DNA from: a virus
Taxonomy: Duplodnaviria; Heunggongvirae; Uroviricota; Caudoviricetes
Virus record (IMG/VR): IMGVR_UViG_3300010279_000132
Span: 1 to 4,418 of that record
Length of the DNA: 4,418 bases
Direction: 5' to 3' (one strand)
Positions 1 through 4,418 of this stretch are shown here, one piece after another (the first letter of the stretch is position 1; every line of letters begins with the position of its first letter). The position numbers and the translations under genes were made by a program. The notes below the pieces were generated by a model, which was not told the DNA's origin, did no database searches, and saw only the letters and a list, made by a program, of their open reading frames with translations.

Positions 1-341
1 GTCAGCCAGTCAGCGCCAGTCATGCGCTTTTCTGCATCGCCATTAGTCCACTTAACCGGTACACCAATAGCCTTCATCGCGATTTCTATTTCCCCGGCAA
101 TGGCGCTTTTTCCGCAACCAGTAAAACCAGAAACAACGACAAGAACTTCGCCTTTGGCTGGTTTTATTTCCCGTGCTTCCAGTTCTGCAATACGCTTTTT
201 GTCTGCTTCCCGTTCATCCAGTAGTGCCAGCACAATCGATGGTGTTACCAGCTCATGGAAAAGGTCCGCGTCAAATCCCCAGTCGTCATGCATTGCCTGA
301 TCTGCCGCTTCACGCAGTGCCTGGTAATTAATTTCGCTCAC
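1..341 (-). CDS. P-loop NTPase, N-terminal 113 codons only; gene continues beyond the window start
   Basis: Minus-strand frame opens with GTG at 341-339, preceded by AGGAGG (348-353) with a 6-nt spacer, and stays open to position 1. Translation VSEINYQALREAADQAMHDDWGFDADLFHELVTPSIVLALLDEREADKKRIAELEAREIKPAKGEVLVVVSGFTGCGKSAIAGEIEIAMKAIGVPVKWTNGDAEKRMTGADWL. A hydrophobic strand (LVVV) followed by GFTGCGKS fits the Walker A pattern GxxxxGK[ST]. Absent from the ORF track, presumably because it is truncated by the window edge. Family not identified. Confidence 0.55.
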   Translation of the reverse strand, partial: MSEINYQALREAADQAMHDDWGFDADLFHELVTPSIVLALLDEREADKKRIAELEAREIKPAKGEVLVVVSGFTGCGKSAIAGEIEIAMKAIGVPVKWTNGDAEKRMTGADWL

Positions 342-582
342 TGGTTGCCTCCTGTTTTTCTGCCTTCAACACCATGCGAGAACCATCATCCAGCTCCCAC
401 GCGATCTCACCACCTTCAGCCATGACCAGTCGCCACACCAATTGAGCAGCCTCATTGGTAACATCACGACCTGGATCATTGCCAACGCGCATACGTCCAC
501 CTTCAACATCGCGCATTTTTGCCAGCATGATAGTTTTTGATAGCGGTGAAAAACCAAGCTGTAGTCGTGCTGAATTACTCAC
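328..582 (-). CDS. hypothetical protein, 84 aa, GTG start
   Basis: ORF-track frame 328..582. GTG start at 582-580 overlaps the TGA stop of the upstream gene (GTGA) and is preceded by AGGAGG with a 6-nt spacer. Its last 14 nt overlap the start of the next gene. No recognisable motif. Confidence 0.55.
   Translation of the reverse strand: MSNSARLQLGFSPLSKTIMLAKMRDVEGGRMRVGNDPGRDVTNEAAQLVWRLVMAEGGEIAWELDDGSRMVLKAEKQEATSERN
337..353. repeat. 17-nt direct repeat, copy 1 (translation-initiation region of the P-loop NTPase gene)
   Basis: Plus-strand CTCACTGGTTGCCTCCT at 337-353 is identical to 578-594. On the minus strand it reads AGGAGGCAACCAGTGAG, i.e. SD + spacer + GTG start + AG. Confidence 0.9.
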
Positions 583-594
583 TGGTTGCCTCCT
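578..594. repeat. 17-nt direct repeat, copy 2 (translation-initiation region of the 84-aa gene)
   Basis: Identical 17-mer CTCACTGGTTGCCTCCT, 241 nt from copy 1. Flanking bases differ on both sides. Confidence 0.9.
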
Positions 595-1052
595 TTGCGA
601 AGCTGGGCGGCGAACTCGTTAAGTGATATGTAGCAATCTCCAAATGTTAACGAACCGCTCGACTGCATATGCTCCATAGCCATCTCCACGCCCTGCGCAC
701 GTACTTCAGCCAGGAAAGCATCGGTGGCTGGGGTTTTGATTTCGTTAAGCGCATCACTGAATCCACCACGCTCCATACCTAGCTCTGCTTCGTAATCGGC
801 ATCGAATGCAGCGTCTTTGCAGAACTTCTTCATCCCCGAACTCTCCGCTGCCAGCGCCGCGCACTTGGCCTCAAGGTTATCAATCGTGATTCCAGCAGAA
901 CGACACTCCCGCAACGCAGCTTCTAGTTTTGATTCAAGTTCACCGAACTTACGGACAAGATATTCAGCGTTTGTTTCGTTAACCTTTAAATCTCGTGGGA
1001 TGCATTTACCTTTCAGAAATCCATCCATCTCAATTAGTGTCATTTGTTTCAT
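579..1052 (-). CDS. hypothetical protein, 157 aa
   Basis: ORF-track frame 579..1052 ([16 protein letters not shown]...). ATG at 1052-1050 overlaps the TGA stop of the upstream small gene (ATGA). Protein-like composition, no stops, no recognised domain. Confidence 0.7.
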   Translation of the reverse strand: MKQMTLIEMDGFLKGKCIPRDLKVNETNAEYLVRKFGELESKLEAALRECRSAGITIDNLEAKCAALAAESSGMKKFCKDAAFDADYEAELGMERGGFSDALNEIKTPATDAFLAEVRAQGVEMAMEHMQSSGSLTFGDCYISLNEFAAQLRKGGNQ

Positions 1053-1213
1053 TTTTTCCCACTCTGCAACATCGCATTCAGATATTTGTTTTGATTTACT
1101 GACGGAAAAGAATTTCTCTTAAGCAATTCCTCTCTCGATGGCATTGGCTTTACGCGTTGGCGAATAATCATTTCTGCCGGAAGAATGCCGGGATTGTATG
1201 CAAGTCCTCTCAT
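1049..1213 (-). CDS. small hypothetical protein, 54 aa
   Basis: ATG at 1213-1211 preceded by TGAGGA with a 7-nt spacer, directly after the stop of the 98-aa gene. Translation [54 protein letters not shown]. It is the 3' part of the 105-aa ORF-track entry 1049..1366, whose 5' part overlaps the 98-aa gene out of frame. Confidence 0.45.
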   Translation of the reverse strand: MRGLAYNPGILPAEMIIRQRVKPMPSREELLKRNSFPSVNQNKYLNAMLQSGKK

Positions 1214-1223
1214 GATAAATTCC

Positions 1224-1520
1224 TCAGTCATTACTGATAGCGCCATAACGAGAGCGATAATTACGCAGGCGCGGGTCGATATATTCAGGGAAGTGGGTAT
1301 ATGTGGCTTTGCGGAATGGTCGGATTGATGTCTGGTAAATTCTCTCTCGTTCTTCTTTCTCTGCAAGCCATATACAGTGGCGAAATTCCTTTTCCTCTTT
1401 CGTTTCCTGCGGTAGAGACATTATCCGGTCGTAGTTTCTTCTGAATTTATCCAGCACCTCCGATACGGAATTGCCGGAACAGCGGCGCGCGTCATCCGCA
1501 CCATACAGAGGCGCTGGCAT
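1224..1520 (-). CDS. hypothetical protein, 98 aa
   Basis: ORF-track frame 1224..1520. ATG at 1520-1518 preceded by AGGAG with a 6-nt spacer, 13 nt after the ssb stop. No recognised domain. Confidence 0.6.
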   Translation of the reverse strand: MPAPLYGADDARRCSGNSVSEVLDKFRRNYDRIMSLPQETKEEKEFRHCIWLAEKEERERIYQTSIRPFRKATYTHFPEYIDPRLRNYRSRYGAISND

Positions 1521-1533
1521 GATTTTCTCCTGA

Positions 1534-2040
1534 TTAAATTGCGTGAATAGCGTGACGAGGGAAGGGGAGAGTTACTGGTGCAAAGGGTATATCGTCGTCA
1601 AAATCCATCGGAGGTTCGTTGTGTTGTGCTGGTGATGATTGCTGCTGTGGCTTCTGTGATTGCCTGCTGGCTGCTTGTTGTTTGCTGTCGCCAATGCCGC
1701 CAAGCATTTGCATCACGCCATTAATTCCGACATGAACCTCGGTTGTGTAACGGTCTTGCCCTGACTGGTCTTTCCACTTTCTGGTTCTCAGCATTCCCTC
1801 GAAATAAATCTGATCACCTTTTTTCACATACTGCCCAACGACCTCAGCCAGTTTCCCGGATACAGCAACACGATGCCATTCAGTCAATTCCTTTTGCTCG
1901 CCAGTATTTTTATCTCGCCATTGTTCTGACGTGGCTATTGTCAGGTTAGCGAACGCTGTTCCTGATGGTGAGTATCGAACTTCCGGGTCTTGTCCTACCC
2001 GACCAAGGATAATCACCTTATTTACGCCTCTGCTTGCCAT
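1534..2040 (-). CDS. ssb: single-stranded DNA-binding protein (SSB), phage-encoded
   Basis: 168-aa product [23 protein letters not shown]...TEWHRV...[19 protein letters not shown]...[13 protein letters not shown] closely parallels E. coli SSB as I recall it: OB-fold N-terminal domain, Gly/Gln-rich linker and acidic DDDIPF motif. ATG abuts the TAA of the upstream recombinase gene (TAAATG). The frame continues 15 codons past DDDIPF (see findings). Confidence 0.93.
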   Translation of the reverse strand: MASRGVNKVIILGRVGQDPEVRYSPSGTAFANLTIATSEQWRDKNTGEQKELTEWHRVAVSGKLAEVVGQYVKKGDQIYFEGMLRTRKWKDQSGQDRYTTEVHVGINGVMQMLGGIGDSKQQAASRQSQKPQQQSSPAQHNEPPMDFDDDIPFAPVTLPFPRHAIHAI

Positions 2041-2748
2041 TTATGCCACCTGTTTTAGTTCGTTAACTCTGATGTTCACTATCTGAACGCATTTAGCCTG
2101 CTCCTCCTCGTTGCCAGCCATTAATTGCCAGTCACGCTGATAACGCTCGATGAGTTTTTTCTTGTCAGTTTCTGTTGACGCATAATCGCTGAAGTCTTTC
2201 AGGATTTGTTCGCAGTCAACCGATGGAGATTTCTGGTTGGTATCTTCTGGTGATGGTTTGTTATCTGATGCTGGGATTGCCCATCCCGGAAGCGATGGAG
2301 GGAGCCAGTAAAATCCTGTTCCATCCTTCAGTTTTGCCCTGTGCCACCCCTGCTTTTTATCGAGAGATGTTTGTGCGAAACCTTCCTCAAGGTTATACAG
2401 ATACCGACCGATTCCCCACTGAACGGCAGCGCGCTTCATTGCACCGGAACGACCACCTTTGACGGCTTCTACCTGTGTGTTTTCAGCAGCATCCCATTTG
2501 GTTACCCATTCGGAATCAATCTTTATTGATATGCCGCATTCAACGCCGCCGTTGTTGGGAATATCGCGGTATTCATTGCGCCATCCTGCTTTGCCGCAAA
2601 CATCGTCCAGGCGTTTCATGATTGCCCGGTTCGTGACATAAGCCAGCACCATAGCCCACACCTTGCCATCGCGTGTTTTACCGCTTTGCTGTATTCGCCA
2701 TTCGATATCTTCAGGGCTGAATGGCTCATCGAATTTGTTCAAATCCAT
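2041..2748 (-). CDS. Rad52/Rad22-family single-strand annealing protein (Sak-like phage recombinase)
   Basis: 235-aa product. Segments YVTNRAIMKRLDDVCGKAGWRNE and AMKRAAVQWGIGRYLYN resemble conserved blocks of the Rad52 N-terminal DNA-annealing domain as I recall them (Y..R.I..L...FG..GW and KRAL..FGN). RBS GAGGTG with a 4-nt spacer before ATG at 2748. Sits directly upstream of ssb, a typical phage recombination module. Confidence 0.8.
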   Translation of the reverse strand: MDLNKFDEPFSPEDIEWRIQQSGKTRDGKVWAMVLAYVTNRAIMKRLDDVCGKAGWRNEYRDIPNNGGVECGISIKIDSEWVTKWDAAENTQVEAVKGGRSGAMKRAAVQWGIGRYLYNLEEGFAQTSLDKKQGWHRAKLKDGTGFYWLPPSLPGWAIPASDNKPSPEDTNQKSPSVDCEQILKDFSDYASTETDKKKLIERYQRDWQLMAGNEEEQAKCVQIVNIRVNELKQVA

Positions 2749-2756
2749 AATTCACC

Positions 2757-2927
2757 TCAGAATGGACATGGCCCAAGGAAATAACGCTGGTTTAATACTT
2801 CGACTCGGGACAAATTAAGGCATACCCGCATTCCTTCGCGGTCGCCATTATGGCGATACCAGAGAGCTTTCTGCGTGTACATGCGTCTCTGTAACTTGCT
2901 CTCCTTCACTGTGGTTGCAAGTGACAT
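2757..2927 (-). CDS. small hypothetical basic protein, 56 aa (candidate)
   Basis: ATG at 2927-2925 preceded by AAGGAG with a 6-nt spacer; stop TGA at 2759-2757, 8 nt before the recombinase ATG. Translation MSLATTVKESKLQRRMYTQKALWYRHNGDREGMRVCLNLSRVEVLNQRYFLGPCPF. Overlaps the 52-aa candidate by 80 nt in another frame; too short for the ORF track. Confidence 0.4.
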   Translation of the reverse strand: MSLATTVKESKLQRRMYTQKALWYRHNGDREGMRVCLNLSRVEVLNQRYFLGPCPF

Positions 2928-3006
2928 GAATATCTCCTTCGTTATCGATTAAATCTTTCATCTGACGAATGAATTCTTCGTCTGACCAGTTATCTGTAAA
3001 ACTCAT
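2848..3006 (-). CDS. small hypothetical acidic protein, 52 aa (candidate)
   Basis: ATG at 3006-3004 overlaps the TGA stop of the kil-like gene (ATGA). Translation MSFTDNWSDEEFIRQMKDLIDNEGDIHVTCNHSEGEQVTETHVHAESSLVSP; stop TAA at 2850-2848. No properly spaced SD, so it would depend on translational coupling. Confidence 0.35.
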   Translation of the reverse strand: MSFTDNWSDEEFIRQMKDLIDNEGDIHVTCNHSEGEQVTETHVHAESSLVSP

Positions 3007-3155
3007 TTCCTGCGATACCACGGAAGGTTGATAGCTGATTTCATCGCTTTATTTGCTTCAAGCCACATTTTTGAATCACCAATAAATCTGGCTATTACTG
3101 CTTTGTTCTGTGCAGCTCGAAGCATCTTGTGATTGATGGCTATTTCATTGCGCAT
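3003..3155 (-). CDS. kil: Kil-like small protein (putative host cell-division inhibitor), 50 aa
   Basis: ATG at 3155-3153 preceded by GAGGT with a 6-nt spacer. Translation MRNEIAINHKMLRAAQNKAVIARFIGDSKMWLEANKAMKSAINLPWYRRK. Sits immediately 3' of cIII, as kil does in lambda, and is of similar size. The FIGD-containing segment matches my uncertain recollection of lambda Kil; the call rests mainly on synteny. Confidence 0.5.
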   Translation of the reverse strand: MRNEIAINHKMLRAAQNKAVIARFIGDSKMWLEANKAMKSAINLPWYRRK

Positions 3156-3271
3156 AATAAGACCTCAACTCTTTTCCATCCGTCACGTAATTTACGGGTG
3201 ATTCGTTCAAGTAAAGATTCATTTAATTGGAAGGCACCCATGCGAGCGCCTCCCGCGATTGCGTAAATCAT
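3140..3271 (-). CDS. cIII: CIII-family protein (inhibitor of host FtsH/HflB protease), 43 aa
   Basis: ATG at 3271-3269 preceded by AGGAA with a 6-nt spacer. Translation MIYAIAGGARMGAFQLNESLLERITRKLRDGWKRVEVLLCAMK. The stretch ESLLERITRKLRDGWKR matches the conserved central helix of lambda CIII as I recall it, and the N-terminus MIYAIAG parallels lambda MQYAIAG. Too short for the ORF track. Confidence 0.8.
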   Translation of the reverse strand: MIYAIAGGARMGAFQLNESLLERITRKLRDGWKRVEVLLCAMK

Positions 3272-3295
3272 GGGTGGTTCCTTATGTTGGTTTTA

Positions 3296-4264
3296 TTAGT
3301 AGGTTATTTTTGTTGCGAATACTTCGCCTTTTACGATGGCTGTTATGATATTTTTAGCAACATCTTCTGATGCGCCAACCTTGATAAGGTCAGCAAGTAT
3401 TTTGTTATTTACTTCTTTCCGGTGAGCTTTATCCTTTGCTCTACGCTCTTCTTCGTCCTTGATTCTTTTTTCTTCTGCTATTCTGGCTTGCTCTTTTGCT
3501 TCAGCCTCGCGCCGGATTCGTTCAGCCTCCTCCTGTGCTTTTCGGCGTTCTGCTTCAATTGCCGCATGCTTTTCTCTTTCAGCTCGTTCTGCTGCCTCTT
3601 TTGCTTCGCGCTGTGCTCGTTGCTCGGCTTCAATGCGTTCACGCTCTGCACGTTCCGCTGCGGCCTTAGCTTCTGCTTCTCGCCTTGCTGCTGCTTCAAT
3701 TTCGGCTTTTGCCTTTGCTTCGGCTTCTGCTCTGGCTTTCTCTTCAGCTTCTCTTTTTAAGCGTTCTTCATGCTCTCGCTTTTCCTGCTCCGCTTTGAGT
3801 CTTGCCTCTTCTCTTTGGCGGTCAAATTCGCGATCCATCAAAATCGCTATTTCATGGTCAGACTCAATTTGCTTTGCGAGAGCTTCAGCTGCTGCCTTAG
3901 CTTCTTCTTCGGCTTTAATCCGCGCCTGTTCTTCCTCATAATCAGTAAGAGGCTGGCGTGCCTTGGCTTTCAGCTCATCAAGGCGATCACGCACTGTCTT
4001 GCGGTTGGCATCAATTAGCTTTGGAATTTCCTTCAGTTCAGCAACAAGGTCTTTGCCAACACCATCGAGATATGTTTTCGTCTGCGCAACTTTATACGCC
4101 AGAGAAGCGATCTCCTTTCTGCCCTTTGCCGTTGTGATATCAGGCACAAAGGACATAACTTCACGTTCAACCTTTTGAAGGATTTCTTCAATCTGGTCGG
4201 CAGACTGAAATACAGTCATTGCATTTGCTTTTTCAATAACAACTAATTCTGTTACTTCACTCAT
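3296..4264 (-). CDS. hypothetical protein, 322 aa, with a long E/R/K/A-rich charged helical (coiled-coil or single-alpha-helix-like) central segment
   Basis: ORF-track frame 3296..4318. I place the start at the ATG at 4264-4262 (MSEVTELVVIEK...), which has GGAGG (4273-4269) 4 nt upstream; the track's upstream ATG at 4318 has no RBS and would span the terminator hairpin. N-terminal about 130 aa look globular, the middle about 140 aa are E/A/K/R-rich, and the last about 35 aa (NKILADLIKVGASEDVAKNIITAIVKGEVFATKITY) are hydrophobic/amphipathic. No transmembrane segment apparent. Confidence 0.85.
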   Translation of the reverse strand: MSEVTELVVIEKANAMTVFQSADQIEEILQKVEREVMSFVPDITTAKGRKEIASLAYKVAQTKTYLDGVGKDLVAELKEIPKLIDANRKTVRDRLDELKAKARQPLTDYEEEQARIKAEEEAKAAAEALAKQIESDHEIAILMDREFDRQREEARLKAEQEKREHEERLKREAEEKARAEAEAKAKAEIEAAARREAEAKAAAERAERERIEAEQRAQREAKEAAERAEREKHAAIEAERRKAQEEAERIRREAEAKEQARIAEEKRIKDEEERRAKDKAHRKEVNNKILADLIKVGASEDVAKNIITAIVKGEVFATKITY

Positions 4265-4276
4265 ATATCCTCCATC

Positions 4277-4303
4277 AAAAAAATTGCCCTCACATTGGAG
4301 GGC
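4277..4303 (-). terminator. candidate rho-independent terminator (tL1-like) on the minus strand
   Basis: On the minus strand: GCCCUC-CAAUGU-GAGGGC (6-bp stem with 5 G:C pairs, 6-nt loop; plus 4286-4303) followed by AA and seven U (plus 4277-4285). The RBS of the next gene begins 3 nt after the U-run. Confidence 0.55.
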
Positions 4304-4342
4304 AAAGAAGATTTCCAATAATCAGAACAAGTCGGCTCCTGT

Positions 4343-4418
4343 TTAGTTACGAGCGACATTGCTCCGTGTATTCACTCGTTGGAATGAATACACAGTGCAG
4401 TGTTTATTCTGTTGTTTA
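4343..4418 (-). other. possible 3' end of a minus-strand ORF entering from beyond the window (24 codons then TAA at 4345-4343)
   Basis: One minus frame is open from the window edge: KQQNKHCTVYSFQRVNTRSNVARN*. Too short to distinguish from chance. If real, it would be the gene preceding the terminator, the position the N gene occupies in lambda. Confidence 0.2.
4366..4393. repeat. perfect 9-bp inverted repeat with a 10-nt spacer
   Basis: GTGTATTCA (4366-4374) ... TGAATACAC (4385-4393), spacer CTCGTTGGAA. Lies upstream, in transcription sense, of the terminator and the first gene. Function unknown. Confidence 0.6.

Noticed and set aside
22-300. Plus-strand 92-aa ORF
   Set aside because: Antisense to the minus-strand P-loop NTPase frame, which has a strong RBS and a Walker A motif. 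No SD upstream, and the product is low-complexity and Ser/Ala-rich.
366-557. Minus-strand 63-aa ORF
   Set aside because: An alternative frame wholly inside the 84-aa gene, which has the better start context (AGGAGG plus coupling). Cys/Trp-rich, atypical composition.
817-1122. Plus-strand 101-aa ORF
   Set aside because: Antisense to the 157-aa and 54-aa minus-strand genes. No RBS and not coherent with the operon.
1214-1366. 5' portion of the 105-aa minus-strand ORF 1049..1366
   Set aside because: It overlaps the 98-aa gene out of frame and its ATG at 1366 has no RBS. Only the 3' part from the ATG at 1213, which has an SD after the upstream stop, was kept.
1743-2641. Plus-strand ORFs 1743..1949, 2223..2462, 2341..2529 and 2459..2641
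   Set aside because: All are antisense to the confidently assigned ssb and Rad52-like genes. Short, no RBS.
3422-4178. Plus-strand ORFs 3422..3760, 3459..3941, 3770..4018, 3963..4178 and minus-strand 3478..3699
   Set aside because: Alternative frames of the low-complexity E/A/K/R-coding segment of the 322-aa gene. Their products (runs of F/C/S/L or A/S/R) are antisense or off-frame artefacts. The repetitive DNA here is coding low complexity, not a tandem repeat array or CRISPR.
4286-4303. The hairpin GCCCTC-N6-GAGGGC as a lambda-type boxB (nut site)
   Set aside because: It is followed directly by a 7-U run, as in an intrinsic terminator, and lies about 43 nt from the only boxA-like motif, too far for a canonical nut site. 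The loop is not the GAAAA-type boxB loop.
4265-4318. Upstream ATG at 4318 as the start of the large minus-strand gene (ORF track, 340 aa)
   Set aside because: It has no SD, and the extra 18 codons would be translated through the terminator hairpin. The ATG at 4264 has GGAGG at the right spacing and gives a plausible N-terminus.
1-4418. tRNA, rRNA, CRISPR array, IS element or integrase/att site
   Set aside because: No cloverleaf-like conserved tRNA motifs, no regularly spaced direct repeats, no terminal inverted repeats flanking a transposase-like ORF, and no tyrosine or serine recombinase motifs were seen. The window appears to be internal to a phage early operon.

Overview
All genes I can support lie on the minus strand and form one densely packed operon transcribed from high to low coordinates. 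Its order matches the early-left (pL-type) operon of a lambdoid enterobacterial phage or prophage: intrinsic terminator (tL1-like, 4277-4303) -> 322-aa protein with a long charged helical segment (3296-4264) -> cIII homolog (3140-3271) -> kil-like small gene (3003-3155) -> one or two small overlapping ORFs (2757-3006) -> Rad52/Rad22-family single-strand annealing protein (2041-2748) -> SSB (1534-2040, with an unusual 15-residue extension past the canonical DDDIPF end) -> four small genes of unknown function (328-1520) -> a P-loop NTPase that runs off the window start (1-341). Adjacent genes are linked by overlapping or abutting stop/start codons. I see no tRNA, rRNA, CRISPR array or IS element. 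The plus-strand ORFs in the track appear to be antisense artefacts. All homology calls are made by eye from remembered sequences and motifs; no database search was run.
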